Of a stretch of DNA of 22,398 nt, positions 9,149-16,037 are shown piece by piece (position 1 is the stretch's first letter; each line of letters opens with the position of its first letter). The stretch is from Candidatus Zixiibacteriota bacterium (GTDB lineage: Bacteria > Zixibacteria > MSB-5A5 > GN15 > FEB-12). Made by a program: the position numbers and the translations under genes. The stretch covers positions 1 through 22,398 of the forward strand of contig JBGSIV010000308.1 of assembly GCA_041742355.1 (NCBI GenBank), in the 5' to 3' direction. Below the pieces are notes generated by a model. The model was not told the DNA's origin. It saw only the letters and a list, made by a program, of their open reading frames with translations, and did no database searches.

Positions 9149-9188
9149 GCGTCGTGGTTTGCCCGGGAGCCGGAACCTAAGCCGGCGC

Positions 9189-9231
9189 ACAAAAGGATAG
9201 CCCTCGTGCAACCGTCAAACACGAGGGCTAT
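9189..9231 (-). terminator. Perfect 12-bp hairpin with U-tract on the minus strand (may also stop ytfJ)
   Basis: ATAGCCCTCGTG(9197-9208)/CACGAGGGCTAT(9220-9231), followed on the - strand by CCTTTTGT. Confidence 0.6.
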
Positions 9232-9310
9232 AGTTACATGGAGAAAAGGGAGTCCCTTTTCCTCTCCTGTAACAGATGAGCAAGCCCGGCGGTTCGTCCA
9301 TCTGTCGGTC
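9189..9310 (-). ncRNA. Candidate small RNA (three consecutive hairpins ending in a terminator)
   Basis: Stems 9272-9278/9299-9305, 9233-9250/9254-9273 and 9197-9231, with no credible ORF. No RNA family is recognised. Confidence 0.3.
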
Positions 9311-9443
9311 CGAAAACTCGTCGAACTCGCTCAGCCTTGCGGCCACCCAGCCTGCGACTTCTCGTGAACTTCTCCTCCCGCAGCGTGTTATCTCCTGTGA
9401 TGCCAACGAAACAACGCTGAATCACCTGTACGGAGGAATTCCC

Positions 9444-9914
9444 ATGAACCGGATTCTAATATTGACCGTCGCAGCGATGACTCTGCTGGCGGCTCCTGCC
9501 GCATTCGCCCACTGCGAAATCCCCTGCGGCATTTATGATGACTCTGCCCGAGTTAGCCTGCTCAGTGAGCACATCACCACGATAGAGAAGTCGATGAACC
9601 AGATCAGGGAGCTGGGGGCGGCTCCTGAGCCGAATCACAATCAGCTCGCCCGGTGGGTGATGAACAAGGAAGATCATGCCAACCAGCTCCAGGAGATCGT
9701 CAGCCAGTACTTCCTTACGCAGCGGATCAAGCCGGTGGAGGCGGGAGCCGAAGGGTACGACCAGTACCGGAGTCAGGTGGCGCTGTTGCACCAGATGCTG
9801 GTGTACGCGATGAAATGCAAGCAGACGACCGACCAGGCGAATATCGACAAGCTGCGGGAGTTGGTGAAGACATTCGCGGCCGGGTATTTCGCGCCGGCCG
9901 TGCATGCGCACTGA
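9444..9914 (+). CDS. sodN: Nickel superoxide dismutase with N-terminal signal peptide
   Basis: Ni-hook HCEIPCGIYD directly follows a hydrophobic leader ending AFA; also TIEKSM, RWVMNKEDHA, QYFLTQRIKP and KCKQTTD. ATG 9444 follows GGAGGA. Confidence 0.95.
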   Translation: MNRILILTVAAMTLLAAPAAFAHCEIPCGIYDDSARVSLLSEHITTIEKSMNQIRELGAAPEPNHNQLARWVMNKEDHANQLQEIVSQYFLTQRIKPVEAGAEGYDQYRSQVALLHQMLVYAMKCKQTTDQANIDKLRELVKTFAAGYFAPAVHAH

Positions 9915-9932
9915 GCGGGATTCGCGCACTGA
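9906..9932 (+). repeat. 9-bp direct repeat GCGCACTGA containing the sodN stop codon
   Basis: Copies at 9906-9914 and 9924-9932. Confidence 0.6.
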
Positions 9933-10133
9933 AGACAGCAGCTGCAGCGAGGACTGCCGGACGGGACTTTCACCGCCGAGGGATGGAAAGTCGCCACTAC
10001 GAAGAGACAGGAACCAGGCTGGTAGTCCCGCTCGCATTTTTAGAGGCGTGAGGGACTTGGAGCTCCAACGCCGCGCATCAAGCGTGATATTCCCTTGACT
10101 GCCATCTACTTAAATAGTCTGTCGCACAGATAG

Positions 10134-10263
10134 CGGATGGGGTGCCCAGTCGCAACGGAGGTCCGCATTGAGGGTCCGGGGCGGATGTCCGAGGCGGCGG
10201 GGAAAGCCCCGGTGGTGCTAACGCGACTGAGGGCGTCCATGATGGCGGGAACGATGCCATCCG
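10134..10263 (+). ncRNA. Candidate multi-stem structured RNA
   Basis: Closing helix 10137-10153/10223-10240, internal hairpins 10156-10191 and 10199-10210, trailing hairpin 10241-10261. G-U pairs favour the + strand. No family is recognised. Confidence 0.3.
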
Positions 10264-10295
10264 GGGTGGTGTTTAAGTCACGAGAATAAAAAGGT

Positions 10296-10324
10296 TTGGC
10301 AAACCGGACTCAATCGGCTATACT
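10296..10324 (+). promoter_or_regulatory. Sigma70-type promoter of yajC-def-fmt-rng
   Basis: TTGGCA-N17-TATACT with an A-rich UP-like tract (AATAAAAA) upstream. Confidence 0.65.
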
Positions 10325-10393
10325 AGTTGGTTGAAGCCAATTAACCCCTGTTCAGGAAATGAGCAGGATGCCGATAAATAGTAGCAAGGAGTA

Positions 10394-10717
10394 GTGTTAG
10401 ACGTGGAATGGCCCATTCTGATGGCGCCGGGCGGAGACGGCGGTGCCGGCGGCGGCGGATTATTTACAATCGTCTGGTTTGCCCTGATCTTTGTAGTTAT
10501 GTATCTGCTGTTGATCCGTCCGCAGCGCAAAAAGCAGAAGGAACACGAACAACTGCTCAAGGATCTGAAAAAAGGCGACAAAGTTATTACGTCCGGCGGA
10601 ATGTTTGGGGTGATATTCGCCATCGATGACGAGCACGGCCGGGTGGTGTTGAAGCTCGGCGAGAACGTCAAGATGGAGTTTTTGAAGTCCTCGATTGCCG
10701 CCAGAGTAGACAGCTAG
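10394..10717 (+). CDS. yajC: Preprotein translocase subunit YajC
   Basis: Single TM, then MYLLLIRPQRKKQKEH and LKKGDKVITSGGMFG. The exact start is uncertain (GTG 10394, GTG 10403 or ATG 10421). Confidence 0.93.
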   Translation: MLDVEWPILMAPGGDGGAGGGGLFTIVWFALIFVVMYLLLIRPQRKKQKEHEQLLKDLKKGDKVITSGGMFGVIFAIDDEHGRVVLKLGENVKMEFLKSSIAARVDS

Positions 10718-10729
10718 TAAGGAGTTATT

Positions 10730-11239
10730 GTGACGGCGCGACCGATCGTCATCTACGGCGACCCGGTGTTGCGGGAAAAGGCCCAACCGGTCGAACAGGT
10801 TGACCGGGGAGTGAAAGATTTGGTGTCGGACATGATCGACACCCTCAAAGAGGCGCAGGGCCTGGGTTTGGCGGCTCCCCAGATCGGAGAGTCCAGTCGG
10901 GTCTTTATCATCGACTTATCGGCGATCGATATCAACGCCGAAGTGATGGTCTTTATCAATCCGGAGATCCTCGAAACAGGGGACGAGCCCGCGGACATGG
11001 AGGAGGGCTGTCTGTCGTTTCCGGGATTGTATCAGAAAGTATCCCGCCCGGCGACGGTACGCGTCCGGGCAACTGATCTGCACGGCAATCAGTTCGAACT
11101 TTCCGCCGACGGCATTTTGGCCAGGGCGATTCTCCACGAGTACGACCATCTCGAGGGCATTTTGTACATCGATCGCATGTCGGCTTTGACCCGGACCATG
11201 ATCAAGGGGCGTCTACGGAAGCTGCAGAAAGTTTCCTGA
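10730..11239 (+). CDS. def: Peptide deformylase
   Basis: GLGLAAPQIG, EGCLS and HEYDHLEG motifs; GTG start after AAGGAG. Confidence 0.97.
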   Translation: MTARPIVIYGDPVLREKAQPVEQVDRGVKDLVSDMIDTLKEAQGLGLAAPQIGESSRVFIIDLSAIDINAEVMVFINPEILETGDEPADMEEGCLSFPGLYQKVSRPATVRVRATDLHGNQFELSADGILARAILHEYDHLEGILYIDRMSALTRTMIKGRLRKLQKVS

Positions 11240-11315
11240 CCCCCGCCCGCGCGGCCTTTGGGCGACAGCGGTCCACCGCAAGTGACCTGTCGCACTGTCA
11301 CAATCCACAGCCCAG

Positions 11316-12278
11316 ATGAAAGTGGTGTTTATGGGCACCCCTGAGTTCGCCCGTGCGGCTCTGGTGTGTCTGGCCGAGAGCGACCATGAGGTAGCAGCAG
11401 TGGTCACCGGCCCCGATGAACGCCCTCCTCGCGGCGGCGGTTTTCAGCCGACCGCGGTCAAAGGAGAGGCGCTCCGCCGGGGTTTGCCCATTTTGACCCC
11501 TCCGAAGCTGAAGAACCCCCAACTGCACGAAGAACTGGCGGCGTTGCAACCCGATGTTTTCGTGGTGGTGGCGTTCAAGATCCTCCCGCGGAGCCTGTAC
11601 ACACTCCCCCGCTTCGGGTCGATCAACATTCATGCTTCCCTGCTGCCGAAATACCGCGGCGCGGCACCCATCCACTGGGCCATCATTAACGGCGAGGCCG
11701 AGACCGGTCTCTCCAGTTTTATTCTTAACGAGACGGTGGATACCGGCGATTTGCTGTTGCAGGAACGCCTGCCGATCGCCGAGGACGACACCTTCGACTC
11801 GCTCTATGCCCGACTGGCCCAGTTGTCCGGGCCGTTTGCGCTGCGTTCCCTGGAGCGCCTGGCCGATCCGTCGGCCCGGCCGATTCCCCAGGACAATGCC
11901 GGCGCGACCCCGGCGCCCAAAATCGGGCCGGAAGATGCCACAATCGACTGGGGGTTTCCCGCGCGCTATGTCCATAACTTCATCCGCGGGCTTTCTTCAG
12001 TGCCCGGCGCCTGCTCGACCTTCCGTGGCCGGAAGATCAAGATTCTGGGCAGCCGCCTGGCCGACCTCCCCCCCGCCCCGCCGGACACCCGTCCGGGCAC
12101 GATTCTCCCCGATCGGCGGCGCCTGCTTGTTGCCTGCGCCAACTCGGTGGTGGAATTGACCCGCCTTGTGCCGGAGGCGCGCAAGCCTATGGACGGCCCG
12201 TCGTTTCTCAATGGCATGCAGCCGAAAGCCGATGAGCGATTCGGAGATCCTCCGCCGCAGGATCAGGAACCAGAATGA
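11316..12278 (+). CDS. fmt: Methionyl-tRNA formyltransferase
   Basis: FMGTPEFA, INIHASLLPKYRGAAPI and DTGD motifs; follows def. Confidence 0.97.
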   Translation: MKVVFMGTPEFARAALVCLAESDHEVAAVVTGPDERPPRGGGFQPTAVKGEALRRGLPILTPPKLKNPQLHEELAALQPDVFVVVAFKILPRSLYTLPRFGSINIHASLLPKYRGAAPIHWAIINGEAETGLSSFILNETVDTGDLLLQERLPIAEDDTFDSLYARLAQLSGPFALRSLERLADPSARPIPQDNAGATPAPKIGPEDATIDWGFPARYVHNFIRGLSSVPGACSTFRGRKIKILGSRLADLPPAPPDTRPGTILPDRRRLLVACANSVVELTRLVPEARKPMDGPSFLNGMQPKADERFGDPPPQDQEPE

Positions 12279-13813
12279 AAAAAGTGATTCTCGTCAATTC
12301 GACCGACTACGAGACCCGCGTCGCGATTCTCGAAGACGAAAAGCTGGTCGAATTGCAAGTCGAGCGCCCGGACAGCGACCGCATGGTCGGCGATATCTAC
12401 AAGGGTATTGTCAAGACCGTACTGCCGGGGATGCAGGCCGCATTCGTCGATATCGGCCTGCCCCGCGCGGCGTACCTTCACGCCTCCGATGTCGGCAAGG
12501 ACTACGGCGGCCGCTTCGAGTCGGAAGATTTCGAGGAGGAAGAAGCGCCGGCAGAGATTATCCGCAAACGCAAACGTGAAACGATCGAACAGGTTCTCAA
12601 GGCCAACCAGGAAGTCCTCGTCCAGGTGATCAAAGAGCCGATCTCGACCAAGGGCCCGCGAATCTCGACCGAGATTTCGATTCCCGGCCGGTATGTTGTG
12701 CTGGTGCCAGACGACGACCATATCCGGATGAGCAAGCGCATCACGAGCTGGGCGGAAAAGCGTCGCCTCAAGAAGGACATTGCTCCGCTCCGGCCGGAAG
12801 GGTTCGGCCTTATTGTCCGCACGGAAGCCGAGGGGCACACCGCGGCGGAATTCCGGGCCGACATCAAGCGGGTGCTCAAACTCTGGACCGTGCTCAAGCG
12901 CAAGGCCGACACCTCCAAAGCGCCGGTCATGATCCACAAAGAGGCCGAGATGATCGTGTCGATGATCCGTGATGTTTTCACCGACGATGTCACCCGGCTC
13001 ATCATCGACAACAAGGGGGACTACAAGACAATCCACAGCTACGCCCGCCAGGTGGTTCCGCACCTGAAGGATCGGGTCGAGCTGTACAAAGGGACGCGGC
13101 CGCTTTTCGACCAGTTCGATGTCGAGGCGGAAATCGACCGTATGATGGATCGCAAGGTGTGGATCAAGAAGGGGGCGTACCTCGTGATCGATCAAACCGA
13201 GGCGATGGTCACGATCGATGTGAACACCGGGCGGTTTGTCGGTTCGAGCGATCAGGAGACGACGATTTTCAAGACCAACCTGCTGGCCGCAAAGGAGATC
13301 GCCCGCCAGATCCGCCTGCGCGATATCGGCGGGCTGATTATCTGCGACTTCATCGACATGTACAGCAAGGAGAACCGCCGGAAGCTGTACGAGGAATTCA
13401 AGAGCTACTTCAAGCATGATCGGGCCAAGGGGGCGATCAATCCGGTGACCGATTTCGGCCTGGTGGAGATGACCCGCGAGCGGGTGCGGCCCTCGCACCT
13501 TCAGACGCTCTCGGAGGCCTGCCCCACCTGCGCGGGGACGGGGCGGATTCTGTCGAAAGAGACAATGGCGACGAAGATCGAGCGGTGGTTCCTGCGGGCC
13601 CGTGCCGACGGCCGGGTGCAGCAGTTCAACCTGGTGATCAACCCGATGCTGGCCGAGATGATGTCGGACAACGGGACGAGCCGGATCGAGCGCCTCATGC
13701 GCATCAACAAGTTCCGCATCAATGTGGTCCGCGACACGACCCTGTCGGTGCAGGAGTACAAAGTGTTCAACGCCGAGACCAACGAGAATCTGACCGAACG
13801 CTACCAGATTTGA
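12275..13813 (+). CDS. rng: Ribonuclease E/G family endoribonuclease (short, RNase G type)
   Basis: VGDIYKG..VLPGMQAAFVDIG (S1), VQVIKEPISTKGPR, IDVNTG, RQIRLRDIGGLIICDFIDM and the CPTCAGTG Zn-link. ATGA overlap with fmt. Confidence 0.92.
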   Translation: MKKVILVNSTDYETRVAILEDEKLVELQVERPDSDRMVGDIYKGIVKTVLPGMQAAFVDIGLPRAAYLHASDVGKDYGGRFESEDFEEEEAPAEIIRKRKRETIEQVLKANQEVLVQVIKEPISTKGPRISTEISIPGRYVVLVPDDDHIRMSKRITSWAEKRRLKKDIAPLRPEGFGLIVRTEAEGHTAAEFRADIKRVLKLWTVLKRKADTSKAPVMIHKEAEMIVSMIRDVFTDDVTRLIIDNKGDYKTIHSYARQVVPHLKDRVELYKGTRPLFDQFDVEAEIDRMMDRKVWIKKGAYLVIDQTEAMVTIDVNTGRFVGSSDQETTIFKTNLLAAKEIARQIRLRDIGGLIICDFIDMYSKENRRKLYEEFKSYFKHDRAKGAINPVTDFGLVEMTRERVRPSHLQTLSEACPTCAGTGRILSKETMATKIERWFLRARADGRVQQFNLVINPMLAEMMSDNGTSRIERLMRINKFRINVVRDTTLSVQEYKVFNAETNENLTERYQI

Positions 13814-13848
13814 CGAGATTTCGGCGAGCGAGAACAGAGCCAACGGAT

Positions 13849-13881
13849 GCCGCCGGGCGATATGCCCGGCGACTCTTTCTT
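13849..13881 (+). terminator. Intrinsic terminator after rng
   Basis: CGCCGGGC-gatat-GCCCGGCG followed by ACTCTTTCTT. Confidence 0.7.
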
Positions 13882-14063
13882 GTATCCGGGGTGGCTGTAG
13901 CCGCATGTGGCATACTAAGTGCCCTCAGAATCGGGTGATCATCCGAATTTCGGCTGTATTCGCCACCGGAAAGGTACTTCCGGTCGTATCCTCTTCAGAT
14001 CTCATCTGATAACCGCAAAAAAGAGTTGAATCGATGCATCCGGCGACGTTTATTGCGACAGCC

Positions 14064-14699
14064 ATGACTGGAACAGACGGCGTACATAACGAAATCGAGA
14101 TCAAGCTCGACCTGGGATCCTTTACCAACTATCTTAAGCTGGTTGGATTCCTCGGCCAACTCGACCACGAAGAGCGGCAGTCCAACGGTTTCTTTGACAC
14201 CGAGGATCACCGTTTGAGCCGTGAGGGCTGGGCGCTGCGGGTTCGGGCCGATGACGGCCATGGCCTGATCACGGTCAAGGGGCAGGACTCCGGACGTGAT
14301 TTCGCAACGGTCCGCGCCGAAGTCGAGTCGGAGATCGCGCGTAGTGAGGCAACCGAAATCCTCGGTCTCCAACGCGATCTGATGAAGCTGGATGTTTCCG
14401 CGATCCGGTGGGTCCGCGAACGGTGGGGGGAAATCGACCTCGCCAAGTTCGTGCAGTACGACAACACCCGCCAGCACAAGATGTTTCGCTTCGACGACTA
14501 CACTTACGACCTCGAGATCGACACGACGCAGTTCACCGACGGTTCGGTGGAGTACGAGCTGGAGGTTGAGCTACCCGACGAGACGCGCGCGGTCATGGTG
14601 CTCGATCGCCTCAAGAAGCTGTTTGACTCACTTGATATTCCGTTCGTGAAGCAGGACCGCTCCAAGCTCGCGCGGGCCCTGGAGCGGACAGCGCGGTAA
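14064..14699 (+). CDS. CYTH (triphosphate tunnel metalloenzyme) domain protein
   Basis: N-terminal EIEIK (ExExK), FFDT, ALRVR, ITVKG, EVE, EID and YELEVE. The start is ATG 14064 or 14034. Confidence 0.88.
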   Translation: MTGTDGVHNEIEIKLDLGSFTNYLKLVGFLGQLDHEERQSNGFFDTEDHRLSREGWALRVRADDGHGLITVKGQDSGRDFATVRAEVESEIARSEATEILGLQRDLMKLDVSAIRWVRERWGEIDLAKFVQYDNTRQHKMFRFDDYTYDLEIDTTQFTDGSVEYELEVELPDETRAVMVLDRLKKLFDSLDIPFVKQDRSKLARALERTAR

Positions 14700-14735
14700 C
14701 AGAGACGGCCGCACCTCACCTCTCCCAATTGAACA

Positions 14736-14764
14736 TTGCCTTCCCGGCCCATGTCTATCATATT
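14736..14764 (+). promoter_or_regulatory. Putative sigma70-type promoter
   Basis: TTGCCT-N17-CATATT upstream of the GAGGAGG RBS of the lipoprotein gene. Confidence 0.45.
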
Positions 14765-14801
14765 GCGATGACCAGGGATACCAATACCCAGAGGAGGCGA
14801 T

Positions 14802-15977
14802 ATGAAAGCTGCTAATGCTGCGTCTGTCGGTGCAGTGCTTCTGCTGACGGTTGCCATCGCCGGCTGCGACGATGACACCAGGATCAGCAGTCGACAAGAT
14901 CCGGTTCAATTCCCCATGGGGATTGGGATGTACTGGGTGTACGAGGTGTATGACAGCCTGACCCAAGCGACCGACACACTTGAAATGTCAATGGTCGATA
15001 CCATGCGTATTGAGGAGGATGGTTCGTTCGCGTACGTTCAACGCCTTTTCGCCGGTTCGGGGGATGCCAGCAGCATGCTGTACTCTCTTCACGACGATAC
15101 GCTCATCGTATACGACGTCGGCTACAGCGGGTACTCTCGTTGGGAGAGTTTCGTGTTCCCTCTCATTCCCGGGAACATGTGGACCGGCCCATTCGATTCG
15201 CGCTATGATACAAGCCGGGTTGTTGACCGCGAAACGGTGGTTACCCCGGCCGCCGTGTTCGGCCAGACAGCCCGGGTTGATCGCCGGTGCAAGCATGAGT
15301 CCTCTTCGGACTACGCCATATTTGTCACATGGCTGCATCCGTCAGCCGGAATCGTCAAGCGCCGGATTCAATTGCATGAGGGGGATAAAGACGTCATGAT
15401 GGTGACGCTGATTCGGTTCGATCTCACCACCTTTCCCCGCACTGCCTTCCCGGATATCCCCGGTACCTGGTGGCGGTATGCGACTTACGACAGCCTGACC
15501 GAATCGACGGATACAATCACGATAACGGTGAAGGGGAAGTTGCCGCCGTTGTCGCGGGATATACCGATAACCGTCTGGGAGATCCGCAGCGATGCGGCTG
15601 ATAGCGGAATTGTGGATACGCTGTTTGTCGCAGATGAGACTCAAGGCATGCTGGTGTCAGGCGACACATTGTTCTCAGGAGAGCTGGAGGACATTTTCGA
15701 TTTCCCGCAGGCGGTCGGCCGGACATGGGGTTTGGAGTTCTTTGCACCGGTTCCCGATGTGGTCGAGAAGAAGCCCATCAGCGTCGCCGCCGGAGATTTT
15801 GAAACAGCTTTCCGCAATGTCACACCAACGAACAACCTTAATGACTATAAAATCAGCGACACCTGGCTGGTACCCCATGTGGGAATTGTGAAACGACACT
15901 TTAAGAGGATCGGCCTTGGTCCTGTTACGAATCTCACCTGGGAACTGATCGATTTCTCCGGCATCGCCGCGCCGTAA
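14802..15977 (+). CDS. Lipoprotein with two tandem beta-rich repeats (DUF3108/TapB-like)
   Basis: Lipobox IAG-C then DDD. Two ~180-aa copies carry FP..G..W.Y..YDSLT...DT, F.FP...G..W, V..A..F and TWL.P..GIVKR. RBS GAGGAGG. Confidence 0.8.
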   Translation: MKAANAASVGAVLLLTVAIAGCDDDTRISSRQDPVQFPMGIGMYWVYEVYDSLTQATDTLEMSMVDTMRIEEDGSFAYVQRLFAGSGDASSMLYSLHDDTLIVYDVGYSGYSRWESFVFPLIPGNMWTGPFDSRYDTSRVVDRETVVTPAAVFGQTARVDRRCKHESSSDYAIFVTWLHPSAGIVKRRIQLHEGDKDVMMVTLIRFDLTTFPRTAFPDIPGTWWRYATYDSLTESTDTITITVKGKLPPLSRDIPITVWEIRSDAADSGIVDTLFVADETQGMLVSGDTLFSGELEDIFDFPQAVGRTWGLEFFAPVPDVVEKKPISVAAGDFETAFRNVTPTNNLNDYKISDTWLVPHVGIVKRHFKRIGLGPVTNLTWELIDFSGIAAP

Positions 15978-16011
15978 CAAGAAGCGCGGCCGAGATGCAC
16001 TCAGCCGCGCT
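15976..16011 (-). terminator. Intrinsic terminator between convergent genes
   Basis: Minus strand AGCGCGGCTGAG-tgcat-CTCGGCCGCGCT (one G-U pair) followed by TCTTGTT. Confidence 0.7.
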
Positions 16012-16037
16012 CGCATGTTCAGAACTGGCGGAGAAGC

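Noticed and set aside
9271..9310. AACAGATG...CATCTGT resembling one arm of the NiCo (czcD) riboswitch upstream of sodN
   Set aside because: The other conserved NiCo elements (GAGCAGG, GCCGGG, GUGGGAC four-way junction) are not present in order on the plus strand. An Rfam scan would settle it.
9215..9425. Two 63-aa minus-strand ORFs in the ytfJ-sodN spacer
   Set aside because: They have no convincing RBS or protein-like features and run through stable hairpins. A small peptide cannot be fully excluded.
9276..9443. 56-aa N-terminal extension of SodN in the ORF track
   Set aside because: ATG 9444 has a GGAGGA RBS and begins a clean signal peptide. The extension looks non-coding.
10048..10225. 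SAM-I-like fragments (GAGGGACT, GCATCAAG, GCAAC, GGTGCTAA)
   Set aside because: The fragments are in the wrong order and spacing for a SAM-I/IV fold, and no methionine or SAM gene follows.
10296..10310. GGCAAACC resembling a c-di-GMP-I riboswitch start
   Set aside because: There is no GNRA-capped P2 or GACGCAAAG continuation. It is better explained as the -35 box of the yajC promoter.
12263..13906. 547-aa minus-strand ORF antisense to rng
   Set aside because: Shadow ORF of a conserved gene, with R/H/V/L-biased composition and no motifs.
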